Shown: positions 45,753-55,796 of the stretch, one piece after another
Position numbering within the stretch: the stretch's first letter is position 1
Layout of the letters: the number at the start of each line of letters is the position of its first letter
DNA from: an uncultured archaeon
Lineage (GTDB): Archaea > Nanobdellota > Nanobdellia > Pacearchaeales > GW2011-AR1
Assembly (NCBI GenBank): GCA_963845205.1
Contig: CAWJRC010000002.1
Span: 216,825 to 280,824, forward strand
Length of the DNA: 64,000 nucleotides
Direction of reading: 5' to 3'
The notes under the pieces: generated by a model
The model's input: the letters and a program-made list of their open reading frames with translations, nothing else
Databases searched by the model: none
What the model was told of the DNA's origin: nothing
Made by a program: the position numbers and the translations under genes

Positions 45753-46686
45753 TTTCTCCCCCTTTTGGTTTATGTTTTAACAAGATAATTGAAAAGATTG
45801 GACCGAGAGTAAACATTGTAATCATCTGAACAATTCTCCCCAAAATTGCTACTGACAAAGATTGGGCAGGAGTTATCCCCAATATCAAAGCAGAGAAAAC
45901 AGCAACAGTTTCTGCAACTCCAAGGTTACCTGGAGTTATCTGCACTAATAACAACAAAGAACTGATTGATGCCAAGAATAATGCCTTGATAAAAGAAATA
46001 TGTATTCCGAAGACATAATATTCAATTATCAGTGAAGCAGAACTTATCAACAAAGCACAGATAGTTACTATTAAGCATGTTACAATTGCTTTCTTGTTAT
46101 TTCTTATTATATGCCAGCCATTTATTACTGTTACAAATTTGTTTATGATTTTATTTTTTGATTCGTGAAATTTTGGAGAGAAAATAATTATCCCCAGCAA
46201 TGGAAGAAAAACACCAAGGAAAACAAGCAAGATAGTCAAGTTAAAAATGTCATAAATTTTCCAGATTGCAATTAAGCTTCCCAAGCCGAATAAACTGTTT
46301 ATGAAAAAAGTCATTACATACATTCCTGCAAGAACAGAAAAAAATTTTGCAAAAGAGAAAAGATGTTTTTTCTTAAGATATGTTGCTCTCACAAACATTC
46401 CACCGTAAGCAGGAGTTATCAAATTATAAAAACCAGTAACTATTGAAAGCATGTAAACTTCGATATGCTTTAATTTTGCACCAAGAGGTTCAAGAAGAGT
46501 TTTTGTCTGAAGTCCAATAAAAAAATAACTTAATAAGAATAAAGCAATAAGGGGAATTAGCCATAATGGATTAATTAATTCAATCTGCTTGAAGTCAGAT
46601 ATATGATTGTAAATATAATAAACAAAAAATCCTGCGATGAGGATTAATACAAAGATACTGATGATGGTTTTAAGTTTGAGTTTCAT
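45736..46686 (-). CDS. flippase-like membrane protein (UPF0104 / MprF-TM-like)
   Basis: 316 aa, about 8 TM segments, GNLGVAE-type motif (TPGNLGVAETV). Confidence 0.45.
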   Translation of the reverse strand: MKLKLKTIISIFVLILIAGFFVYYIYNHISDFKQIELINPLWLIPLIALFLLSYFFIGLQTKTLLEPLGAKLKHIEVYMLSIVTGFYNLITPAYGGMFVRATYLKKKHLFSFAKFFSVLAGMYVMTFFINSLFGLGSLIAIWKIYDIFNLTILLVFLGVFLPLLGIIIFSPKFHESKNKIINKFVTVINGWHIIRNNKKAIVTCLIVTICALLISSASLIIEYYVFGIHISFIKALFLASISSLLLLVQITPGNLGVAETVAVFSALILGITPAQSLSVAILGRIVQMITMFTLGPIFSIILLKHKPKGGENVKKN

Positions 46687-48310
46687 TTTTTGTGATTTTT
46701 ATAAGCTCATAATCATTGGACGGAAAATTTGAGTCAACATAAAAACTATATCCTTCTGGCAAGATAGTAGAAACATTAAAACTATAATCTGTTTTATTAA
46801 ATCTTAAATACCACTCTGGAGGCGAATGGGTACTTCTAAACAAATACATTACTTTATTTTGAGAGATTATTGAATTCAAGTTAGATTTTAAGTCATTCAT
46901 AGGGATTTCTGAGATATCAAAAAGATTGATTTGATTATTAAAATTAATCAAGCCCAAATCTAATGAATAAAATAATATGCTTCCATTAGGGATAGTTTTA
47001 TTTATATAATCCGATATTGCTTGATTGCTATTTATGTAACTTTCTCCAAAAATACTATAACCAACAAAAGGATAATCAATAGTGATAGATAATAAAGAAA
47101 TTAAAATTATAGATGATAATATTATAATCATTATTTTCTTCGGAACTTTTTTTTCTATATGACTCATTCCGATAATATAAACTAAAAAAATTGCGGGCAG
47201 AATATACCTTAAATGAGAATTTATGTGAGCAAAAGTAGTTGCATTCCCATAATCAATCATATTCCCAAAGACCAAAAAATAAACAAATAGGAATAATATA
47301 GAAAATAGAACTAATTTTTTTCTTGGCTTAATTAATATTAATGGAAATAGAAATATAATGCTGAGAAATATCAAAAAATTATATTTTGCAAAATAACCAA
47401 TATCTTTTATAAAATTATTAATGTAAGGAAATATCCCATTCTTTGGATAAAATAAGTTAAATAAAAGATTTTTCCCAGATTCTATAAAGGATATTGAAGA
47501 ATTACTCGGCTGGAAAGGAGATGTATAATAATCATGAGAGAAAAATAAAGGATTTGAATAATGCAAAATATTATAATAAAAAAATGGTAAGAGTAGTATA
47601 AATAGAATTGTGATTATCTGGATAGCAATAATAATATTTTTTTTAAATTCTATTTTATTTTTAAAGATTATAAATAAAAAAATTAGAGGACATGCGAATA
47701 TTATAGTTATTTTTGTAACAATAGCAAAAAACAAGAATAAAGTAAATAAAAGATAATTATTTTTATCAGTGAGAAATCCCCAGAAATAATAAATAAATGC
47801 AGAAAGGAAAAAAAGAAGGGGTATGTCTTCAAAAAATTGAGTGAATAAAGAGACGTAATTTAAAGTAATAAAAAAGAGTATGCTAAATATAAACGCATTA
47901 TTTTTATTAATTTTCATCCTACGATTTAAAATAAGAAAAGTGAATATTGAAGTTAAAAGTCCAAATAAAACAAAGATTAAATGAATGGATAAATTATTAG
48001 AATAAATTATAAATAGTGGAACTGAAATAAAATTTGAATAGATAAATCCTATCGGGACACTTTCGAATTTAGAATTTACTATAAACAATTGATTATGAAA
48101 ACCATAAGTATTGTATTGTTCATTTAAAGGATTCGTATAAGTTATTTCCCCTTTTTCATAAATACCATTCACAATATTCGGTATTCTGGCCCCATCCCCA
48201 AGATATTTATCAATAGGCAAAGTAGCTAGGAATAAGATAGTTGCAAATAAGACCAATATTAAGGCAACTAGGATTATCTTTTTATTAAACCATTTTTTTG
48301 TATAATTCAA
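46670..48310 (-). CDS. second GT-C-fold membrane glycosyltransferase-like protein
   Basis: 546 aa, multi-TM plus C-terminal soluble domain. Assigned by topology only. Confidence 0.45.
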   Translation of the reverse strand: MNYTKKWFNKKIILVALILVLFATILFLATLPIDKYLGDGARIPNIVNGIYEKGEITYTNPLNEQYNTYGFHNQLFIVNSKFESVPIGFIYSNFISVPLFIIYSNNLSIHLIFVLFGLLTSIFTFLILNRRMKINKNNAFIFSILFFITLNYVSLFTQFFEDIPLLFFLSAFIYYFWGFLTDKNNYLLFTLFLFFAIVTKITIIFACPLIFLFIIFKNKIEFKKNIIIAIQIITILFILLLPFFYYNILHYSNPLFFSHDYYTSPFQPSNSSISFIESGKNLLFNLFYPKNGIFPYINNFIKDIGYFAKYNFLIFLSIIFLFPLILIKPRKKLVLFSILFLFVYFLVFGNMIDYGNATTFAHINSHLRYILPAIFLVYIIGMSHIEKKVPKKIMIIILSSIILISLLSITIDYPFVGYSIFGESYINSNQAISDYINKTIPNGSILFYSLDLGLINFNNQINLFDISEIPMNDLKSNLNSIISQNKVMYLFRSTHSPPEWYLRFNKTDYSFNVSTILPEGYSFYVDSNFPSNDYELIKITKNETQT

Positions 48311-49301
48311 TATATCTTTCCCCCATTTTATGAATTGAAAATTTTTTTATTACTTTTTCTTTATTTTTTAATCCCATGTTTTCCCTTAGCCTTTTATCCT
48401 TTTTTAGTATTTTTATTTTTTCTACAAAATCATCAACATCATCTATTTTGCATAAAAAACCATTTTTTCCATTTTCAACGATTTCGGGTATAGAAGAACA
48501 ATTTGTTGAAATTACTGGTTTTCCACAAGCCATTGCTTCTGCAACAGCATAACCAAAACCCTCAAGTCTTGTTGGGAATAAAAGAGAATTGCATTTATTA
48601 TACTCTTTAATTAAATCTTCTTCACTTAATCTTCCCAGGGGTATCATATTTGATAAATTAAAGTCCTCAGGAATTTGAGTCCTCAATCCAGAAGTATAAA
48701 ACAAAACAAATTCTTTTTCTTCTAATTCTTTCATAATCTTTGGCAAAAGGTCTACTCCTTTTCTTTCAGTTAAATTTCCCACAAAAAGAAGTTTAAATCT
48801 TTTATCATTAATTTTTATTTTCATTGGTTTGAACTTGTTAGTATCAATCCCGTTATGGATAACATAAACTTCTTTATCTAATTTAAAATAATCAAGAATT
48901 GAAGTTTTTGTATAATTACTTACTGCAATTATATTGTCCGCAACATTTAATGATTTTCTCAAATTGGGTTTTATCCATAAATAATGGAAAATCTTTTGAA
49001 AGAGTGAAGTATATTTTTGATAATTTTTATCAAATACTGAATGGTGAATTGTAATAACCAATTTTTTTCCCGCAATTTTAAAATAATGACCAAATTCAGC
49101 ATTAGTATGAATTATATCATAATCATCAAAATTAATTTTTTTTAGATACATTGGTATTAGGAATGGAATTTTTTCGAGAAATGAGGGAAAATAAAATATT
49201 TCAGATTTAATAAAAGAATATTTGTTAAGGGCATTCTTTAATAAATTATAATAAACATCACTCCCAGAATTACCCTTAAGACTCACAAATGCAATTTTCA
49301 T
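48285..49301 (-). CDS. GT-B glycosyltransferase, family 4-like
   Basis: FVGNLTERKG and PTRLEGFGYAVAEAMACGKPVI (E-x7-E region). Confidence 0.8.
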   Translation of the reverse strand: MKIAFVSLKGNSGSDVYYNLLKNALNKYSFIKSEIFYFPSFLEKIPFLIPMYLKKINFDDYDIIHTNAEFGHYFKIAGKKLVITIHHSVFDKNYQKYTSLFQKIFHYLWIKPNLRKSLNVADNIIAVSNYTKTSILDYFKLDKEVYVIHNGIDTNKFKPMKIKINDKRFKLLFVGNLTERKGVDLLPKIMKELEEKEFVLFYTSGLRTQIPEDFNLSNMIPLGRLSEEDLIKEYNKCNSLLFPTRLEGFGYAVAEAMACGKPVISTNCSSIPEIVENGKNGFLCKIDDVDDFVEKIKILKKDKRLRENMGLKNKEKVIKKFSIHKMGERYIELYKKMV

Positions 49302-50476
49302 CTCAATATTTCTTTATATTTTTTAGATATAATATTCCAATCAAATTTGTCTATTAATTCTTTTTGTATTCTGATTTTGTTTCTTATTGGATTTTTAATT
49401 AATTTGATTATTTTTTCAGAAATATCTTCTGAATCTTTTTCTTTAGTTAAAAGACCATTATTCTTATTAATTATTTCCGAGATTCCACCAACATTTGAAC
49501 CAATTAGGTTACAACCACATAATCCTGCTTCTGCAAAAGTTAATCCTAATCCTTCTCTTAAACTGGGGCAAACAAATAAATCTGCTGTTGCATAATATTT
49601 CGGAAGTTTTTGATTTTGTATAACGCCTATAAAAATTATATTTTTATCTAATTTTAAATTTTTTACTTGTTCTTTCAATTCTTTTTCTAAAGTTCCTGTG
49701 CCAATTATCAGAAGTTTTGTTGTTGGAAACTCTTTTATAACTTCAGGCATTGCTTCAATTAAATATTTAATTCCTTTTTCTGGAGACAATCTTCCAACAA
49801 ATAATAAAAAAGGTCCATCTATTTTATATCTCTCTTTTATAGATAAATCTCTCTTATTTGGATTGAATAATTTAGTATCTATCCCCATGGGAATAATTTC
49901 TATTTTATTTTTTAAGGATGAATCAATAGTTCCTATTATCTTTTTCTTAAGATAATTACTAACAACAGTTATCTTTTTTGCATCTTCAAGAGTTGTTTTT
50001 TTAATACTCATAAATCCTTTTAATCCAAGAATATCACTTCCATGACTTGTTACAACATAAGGCACATCAAATTTCTTTTTTATTTTTGATGCAATCCAAC
50101 CTTGAGGAATTATCCAATGAGCATGAATTACATCTGGTTTAATTTCTTGAATTGCTTTTTTTAATGCAAAATATTCTCCAGAAAGAAAAAAAGGAACCTG
50201 AAAAAAGAATAAAGGATTTTTCTTCAGCGTTGGTAAAATTCCCCCACTTCCTGCCAGTTTCTCATATCTTTTAAAAAAATAATGAAAACGATAAACTTTC
50301 ATCTTATCCATTACTTCAAAATCTTTTGCTCCAGGATAACTTGGAACAAGAACAGAAACATCAAATGTATCAGTTAATCTTTTAGACAATTCATAAACAA
50401 AAGGAGGTAAGGTATCATTCTTCCATCGCGGAAATGTTGAAGCAAATACTAATAGCCTCTTTTTATCTTTCATCAC
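49298..50476 (-). CDS. GT-B glycosyltransferase, family 4-like
   Basis: FVGRLSPEKG and PSLREGLGLTFAEAGLCGCNLI. Confidence 0.8.
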   Translation of the reverse strand: MMKDKKRLLVFASTFPRWKNDTLPPFVYELSKRLTDTFDVSVLVPSYPGAKDFEVMDKMKVYRFHYFFKRYEKLAGSGGILPTLKKNPLFFFQVPFFLSGEYFALKKAIQEIKPDVIHAHWIIPQGWIASKIKKKFDVPYVVTSHGSDILGLKGFMSIKKTTLEDAKKITVVSNYLKKKIIGTIDSSLKNKIEIIPMGIDTKLFNPNKRDLSIKERYKIDGPFLLFVGRLSPEKGIKYLIEAMPEVIKEFPTTKLLIIGTGTLEKELKEQVKNLKLDKNIIFIGVIQNQKLPKYYATADLFVCPSLREGLGLTFAEAGLCGCNLIGSNVGGISEIINKNNGLLTKEKDSEDISEKIIKLIKNPIRNKIRIQKELIDKFDWNIISKKYKEILR

Positions 50477-51444
50477 TACTTTCCTCCTGCAAATTCCTGT
50501 TTTTTCAATTTGTATAAAACCTCTTCTGTCAGCATTCTACCTGTCTTCAAAGAGTCCCCGATTATTCCCAATGCGAATAATAAGGCAGAAGTAACTATCA
50601 GGACAGCAGATATAATCAATGATTGAATATTTCCTCCGCTAGTCTGAGTAACATAATCTAAAAACAACCATCTTAATACTAATGCAATTCCCGGCAGGAA
50701 GAATAATAAAGAAAGATAAGTGAATGTCTTCATAGGTTCATAAAGATAAAAAATTCTAATCAGATTTGTTCCTGACTTCTTCATATGCTGGAAAATATTT
50801 TTGAAAAGTCTTGATTTTCTTGTCGGAGGATTTGTTTCTATGTCAATGCTTTCTATTTTCAAATCTTTCTGAACTGCCTGCATTATTGTATCAAGAACAT
50901 ATGAAAATTTTGTAACAACGTTAATCTTTAACATTGCATCTTTTGAATATGCCCTGAATCCTGAAACAGTATCGGGAACATCCGCCCCCAAAATTTTTCT
51001 GGTAACTCCATTTCCAAACCATTGCAACATTCTCTTTAACGGAGAAAAATGTTTGACTTTCCAAGGTTTTCTGTTGCCAATAACCAAATCTGCCCTGCCC
51101 CCAATAATAGGCTTGACTAATTCAGGGATATATTTGGAAGGATATTGATTATCAGCGTCGGTATTAACAAAAATATCTGCTCCAGAATCTAAAGCAAACT
51201 GCATGCCTTCTTTGAATGCAATTCCCAAGCCTTTATTTTTTTTATGTCTTATTATTCTTGTAACCTTAAACTTTTTTGCAACTTCAATTGTTTTGTCAGT
51301 AGAACCATCATCCACAATTTGAACTTCTATCTTATCAATTCCTTTTATCTCTTTTGGCAATTCTTTTAATACCAATGGAAGAGTTTTTTCTTCATTATAG
51401 CAAGGAATATTTATTACAAGTTTCATTTTAATATAAATTATCAA
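50476..51444 (-). CDS. GT2 glycosyltransferase with C-terminal TM segments (polyprenyl-phosphate sugar synthase-like)
   Basis: IPCYNEE, VDDGSTDKT and DADNQY (DxD), plus two C-terminal TM helices. An alternative start lies at 51426. Confidence 0.8.
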   Translation of the reverse strand: MIIYIKMKLVINIPCYNEEKTLPLVLKELPKEIKGIDKIEVQIVDDGSTDKTIEVAKKFKVTRIIRHKKNKGLGIAFKEGMQFALDSGADIFVNTDADNQYPSKYIPELVKPIIGGRADLVIGNRKPWKVKHFSPLKRMLQWFGNGVTRKILGADVPDTVSGFRAYSKDAMLKINVVTKFSYVLDTIMQAVQKDLKIESIDIETNPPTRKSRLFKNIFQHMKKSGTNLIRIFYLYEPMKTFTYLSLLFFLPGIALVLRWLFLDYVTQTSGGNIQSLIISAVLIVTSALLFALGIIGDSLKTGRMLTEEVLYKLKKQEFAGGK

Positions 51445-52316
51445 ATACTTTTAAATCCATTTTTTGATGTTGCTCCTTTAATATTAAGCCAATCTCTTTT
51501 CTTTCTAAGTTTAAGATTAGTCTTCCAGACTTGTTCAAGAAGTTCAGGATGATATCCTTGCTGTTTAGATATATGAATTAAAGCATTCAAATCTTTTGGA
51601 AAACATTTTCCTCCAAAGCCGAAATCATTATCATTGCCTGGGACATTAATATTACTTCCAATCCTTTTATCCAAAAGTAAAGTATTCTTTACAACATCAT
51701 AATCAATCTTAAATTTTTTACAAATTTGATATATTTCATTAGCAATCATTATTTGAGAAGCAAGAGTTACATTAGAAGCATATTTTATCATTTCCGCAGT
51801 TCTTGTATTTGTCAGGATATATTTTGCATCAGGAAATATTTCTTGATAGACTCTTTTTATTTTTCTTGCATTATTTTCATTCTCAGCACCAATTACTACT
51901 CTGTCTGTATTTCTCATATCATTAAGAAAATTTTTCTCAGTTAGAAATTCAGGATTAAAAGCCAGATGAATATTATTATATTTTTTTTGTAATTTTGCGA
52001 TTGTTCCAGGAGTAACTGTAGAATGAACTATTACAAGAGGGTTTCTTTTTGCTTTTTTTACTGCATTCGAAATAATTTTGAGTGCATCTTCAACATAACT
52101 AGTATCTATTTCTCCACTAGGTTTCATAGGAGTAGGAACTGCTAAAAAGATTATATCTGCATTTTCTGCAAGAGGAGAGATATCCTTATATTGTTCCTGA
52201 TATTTATCATAAATATAAATAGGGAATTTGATCTCAAAAACATGATTCAGTGCTTTTCCGAGAATACCAAATCCGATTATTCCTAATTTTGTTTTTCTTA
52301 TTTCTTTATTTTTCAT
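51441..52316 (-). CDS. UDP-glucose/GDP-mannose dehydrogenase family protein, short (lacks the usual C-terminal domain)
   Basis: GIIGFGILG, VPTPM, STVTPGT, NPEFLTE and GFGGKCFPKD (catalytic Cys). Confidence 0.7.
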   Translation of the reverse strand: MKNKEIRKTKLGIIGFGILGKALNHVFEIKFPIYIYDKYQEQYKDISPLAENADIIFLAVPTPMKPSGEIDTSYVEDALKIISNAVKKAKRNPLVIVHSTVTPGTIAKLQKKYNNIHLAFNPEFLTEKNFLNDMRNTDRVVIGAENENNARKIKRVYQEIFPDAKYILTNTRTAEMIKYASNVTLASQIMIANEIYQICKKFKIDYDVVKNTLLLDKRIGSNINVPGNDNDFGFGGKCFPKDLNALIHISKQQGYHPELLEQVWKTNLKLRKKRDWLNIKGATSKNGFKSI

Positions 52317-52508
52317 TTTATTTTAATATATATTTTCTAGTATATTTAATTGTTTTTAGAAAAATTATATAACTTTTAAATCTTGTCATTTTGTTGTTCT
52401 TTTAAAGTAACATCAAAAACGGAATATTTAAAAAGGAGTATTTTATTGAATTATTATTATAAAAACATTTTTAAGTTGAAAAAACTTACAAATAATAGAT
52501 AAGACAAA

Positions 52509-53345
52509 ATGAATTCAATCAAAGAACATACAAAGAAACATGCTTCGAAAATTGTAGCATCAGTAATAACTTTGTCAATTATAACTTTACTTATTCTAGC
52601 AGGTCCTGCAGGAGCACTTGTTTTAAACTTAGATAATTTTTCAAATTCAAATCCTACTCAAGGAACTTCAGTTTCTTCAAGTTTTACAATCACAATAAAT
52701 TCAAATGAAAGAATGGGCTTTCCAAATCCAATAGGAATTTTTATGGATGGTTCAAGTTCTGCCTTATGTTCATTTTCTGTCGATGGTTCAAGTTCTGATT
52801 GTGCAAGCAAAGGAATAACAGTAAGTTTAGTTTCTAGCTCAACTGATTATGGCTACGGATGGGGTTATGGGTATGGTTATAGTTATGGCTATGGATATCA
52901 AAATGGTTACTCAAAGGGGATTCTTACATATCAAATTACCTTAGATACAAATCAATTTTCAGTTGGAACACATAGTATAAAATTAATGGTAAATACAGGA
53001 GATAGTCACATTTATTCTTCAAATGAAAAACAAATTACAATAAATGCTCGCTCTGGTGGAGGGAGCACTATTCCGAAGAATTCATCAGCAACAGCTATAA
53101 GTATAAATCAACAATTACCTGCACTAACTCCTTTAGCAAATAAAGGAACAGGAGGAGCAATAATAGACAATACTCCAAAATCTACTATAACAAATGCTTT
53201 TACAAACTTCCTTAATGGAGCAGTTACAGGAATAACTAACTTTGGAAAATCTCCTACAGGAATTACAACAATAATTATATTATTCACATCAGTTATTGGT
53301 GGGATAGTTTTCTTCAGCTTTAGAAAAGGAAAGTTTAGAAAATAA
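52509..53345 (+). CDS. surface protein with signal peptide, Gly-Tyr repeat and C-terminal TM anchor
   Basis: ILAGPAGA signal-like N-terminus, DYGYGWGYGYGYSYGYGYQNGY, and C-terminal ITTIIILFTSVIGGIVFFSF-RKGKFRK. Confidence 0.55.
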   Translation: MNSIKEHTKKHASKIVASVITLSIITLLILAGPAGALVLNLDNFSNSNPTQGTSVSSSFTITINSNERMGFPNPIGIFMDGSSSALCSFSVDGSSSDCASKGITVSLVSSSTDYGYGWGYGYGYSYGYGYQNGYSKGILTYQITLDTNQFSVGTHSIKLMVNTGDSHIYSSNEKQITINARSGGGSTIPKNSSATAISINQQLPALTPLANKGTGGAIIDNTPKSTITNAFTNFLNGAVTGITNFGKSPTGITTIIILFTSVIGGIVFFSFRKGKFRK

Positions 53346-53439
53346 TTGGAAAAAAATATAAATTAATGAGGTTATATCTTATTAGATTATTACTTCTTAA
53401 TGCAATAAATATTAAAAAGAAACTTAATAGAAAAATATC

Positions 53440-54291
53440 ATGGAATTAAAAGAGAATGCTTCTGTTAGTATTGCGCCTTTAGCAATCCAACCAGTATCTG
53501 ACTCAGAAGATTCCTTAATTAAACAACTTGAAAAAAAGAGAGGTACTAAAGTAGTCCTTTTAACAATGGATGAGAGTAGAAGTATTGATAGTTACTTTGT
53601 TTCTCAGGTTTATAATCTGATGGAACAACTTTCTTCAGAGGTTAGCTTTGATAACCTTGATGTTATCATTCACTCTGGTGGAGGTAGTGCTGATGCAGCA
53701 TATCACTTAGCAAAGATATTAAGAGGATATTGTAAAGGAAAACTTACTTTTATTGTTCCAAGATATGCAAAATCTGCTGCAACTTTATTATGTTGTTCTG
53801 GAGATGAAATTATCATGGATTTACCTTCTGAACTTGGTCCAGTAGACCCTCAAGTTATGGATTATGTTAGGGGAGTGAGGTACTCCGCTTTATCTATGGC
53901 TGAAACAATGAAATTCTTAGATAAGATAGAAAAAGAATGTAGTAATAATGAAGAATGTAATAAAGTGATAAAAGAAGCGGTAGGTAATATCCCTTTAATG
54001 GAAATCGGTGACAATTTGAGGGCACTGAATCATATAGCAGACTATTTGCATGAACTTTTAGTGGAGGGAATGTTTAAAGAAGAATATGCTAAGGACAAAG
54101 ATTCTGCTGAGCATATTATAAAAAATATTGTCTTAAATTTGGTTAGTGGCCACTATTCACATAGTAAATGTATTGATAATTCAAAAGCAAAATCGATGGG
54201 TTTAAAAATTATTCAAGCTTCTAAGGAAGAGTGGGGGATAATTTGGAAGATATTTAGTATGTTTGAACAAGAGGTGTTAATAAAAAGATGA
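53440..54291 (+). CDS. ClpP-fold serine protease (SDH/S49-like)
   Basis: IIHSGGGSADAAYHLAKILR and AKSAATLLCCSGDEIIM (Ser nucleophile context). Confidence 0.6.
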   Translation: MELKENASVSIAPLAIQPVSDSEDSLIKQLEKKRGTKVVLLTMDESRSIDSYFVSQVYNLMEQLSSEVSFDNLDVIIHSGGGSADAAYHLAKILRGYCKGKLTFIVPRYAKSAATLLCCSGDEIIMDLPSELGPVDPQVMDYVRGVRYSALSMAETMKFLDKIEKECSNNEECNKVIKEAVGNIPLMEIGDNLRALNHIADYLHELLVEGMFKEEYAKDKDSAEHIIKNIVLNLVSGHYSHSKCIDNSKAKSMGLKIIQASKEEWGIIWKIFSMFEQEVLIKR

Positions 54292-54554
54292 GTTTAATGT
54301 TAAATGAATCAAATTTTAATGGAAAGAAAGTGAATATGGATCCAAAAGAGATAGAAACTAAAGTATTTGAATTATTAAGAGATCAAAAATTGACTTTTTA
54401 CGAGATTGCCAACGAATTGGGGTTGGAAAATGGAGATAGGGAATTATTACTAAAGATATTATTAAGATTAGAAAGAGAAGGTAAAATAAAGAAAGAAAAA
54501 ATTCAAATAAATTTAGAGAGTGGCTTAAATTTAACTACCCGTTTTTTTATTTAA
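54288..54554 (+). CDS. small winged-helix protein
   Basis: LTFYEIANELGLENGDRELLLKILLRLEREGKI. 4-nt overlap with the protease gene. Confidence 0.5.
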   Translation: MSLMLNESNFNGKKVNMDPKEIETKVFELLRDQKLTFYEIANELGLENGDRELLLKILLRLEREGKIKKEKIQINLESGLNLTTRFFI

Positions 54555-54638
54555 CTAATTTTATATATTTAAAAAGGGTTTAGAAAAGATATATCCCATC
54601 ACATAAATTTTTTTGTGGATTATTCTGATTAAAAATTA

Positions 54639-54941
54639 ATGAAAGATTCAACTGGAGAATTTTTTCCTGAATGGTCTAAGAAAATACTGGAATTAACTAG
54701 TTCAAAAGAACTTTCTAATTACTATAGCCTGAATGATCTGGCATTTGAGAAACTAAAAGAATGCAAGGCTAATTTTTACGGGACAATTACTTTTGATAAA
54801 ATTTATTCTAAAATATGCAGTCAGTTCAGCATCAAGAAAGCCGAGTGCAGGAAGCTTTTGAAATATTTTGAAAGCATTGGCAAGATTGAATTCATTCCAT
54901 ATAAAGGAATAAAGATAGTGTCTAAAAAGTATACAAAATAG
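54639..54941 (+). CDS. hypothetical (possible wHTH) protein
   Basis: 100 aa, ...KAECRKLLKYFESIGKIEFIPYKG. Confidence 0.4.
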   Translation: MKDSTGEFFPEWSKKILELTSSKELSNYYSLNDLAFEKLKECKANFYGTITFDKIYSKICSQFSIKKAECRKLLKYFESIGKIEFIPYKGIKIVSKKYTK

Positions 54942-54975
54942 CACATTTTAAAAAGCAATACATTGTAGTTACATT

Positions 54976-55776
54976 ATGTATACCGATACAAGCACATTCA
55001 GAATCAGGAATGGTTACGGGGGTTTTACAATGCCAAAATCTCTGTTAACAGATCTTGGCTGGGGATCGGGGGACTTACTTGAATTTTGGGGATTAAGTGA
55101 GGTTATTAGGATTCAAAAAATCCATACCAAGGAGGAATTGCAGGAGCTTAAAAAAAAGGGAGAAGTCCAATATAATAAAGAATGGAACAAAAAAATAGCA
55201 AAGTTCGGGGGGGCTAAGGGAACCCTTGGAGTAAAAACTTTCCCGGCACCTTTAATCTCGGAATTCAAAATTAAAGATGGTCAAAAAATCTATTTCTTGC
55301 CTGAAATAAATACTTGGCTCGGTGAAGGTAAAAAATCACAGGATATTGTACTCATGGCTTTCAATAAAAGAGATTTGAATCGATTAGATAAACTTTCGGA
55401 AGAAGATAAAGAGAAAGAACAAGAAGAATGGAAAAAGAGATTAGCAGATCATTATCACCTTCATTTTTTTCATGGAAGATCTGAGATTAGCGAGAAGAAT
55501 AGCCCAAAGACAAAAAGAAAAGTTTTGAATATAGATAACACAATTAACAAAGATGCAATACTAGCTTTAAAGGCAGAGATTAAACGGGCAAAGGAAACAT
55601 TAAAAAAAGAAGTTCCTACTTGGCCAAATAAAGAAGGGAATACCAAGAGAGCTGAAAATTATATAAAAAATCTTGAAATGAAAGTAGAAGAATTGAAAAC
55701 AAATCCTAGAAGAATTTTTAAAGAAGATAAAATAAATACAATTGGAGGAAATAAAGAAAATATAAGTTCCTCATAA
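54976..55776 (+). CDS. AbrB/SpoVT-like domain protein with Lys/Glu-rich tail
   Basis: FTMPKSLLTDLGWGSGDLLEF and a second similar segment FPAPLISEFKIKDGQKIYF. Confidence 0.45.
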   Translation: MYTDTSTFRIRNGYGGFTMPKSLLTDLGWGSGDLLEFWGLSEVIRIQKIHTKEELQELKKKGEVQYNKEWNKKIAKFGGAKGTLGVKTFPAPLISEFKIKDGQKIYFLPEINTWLGEGKKSQDIVLMAFNKRDLNRLDKLSEEDKEKEQEEWKKRLADHYHLHFFHGRSEISEKNSPKTKRKVLNIDNTINKDAILALKAEIKRAKETLKKEVPTWPNKEGNTKRAENYIKNLEMKVEELKTNPRRIFKEDKINTIGGNKENISSS

Positions 55777-55796
55777 CTGAGACAAATAGTGCCGCC

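Noticed and set aside
52851-52910. DNA-level short tandem repeat (ggctat/ggttat units)
   Set aside because: It is in frame and encodes the Gly-Tyr repeat of the surface protein. It is not a CRISPR array or a non-coding satellite.
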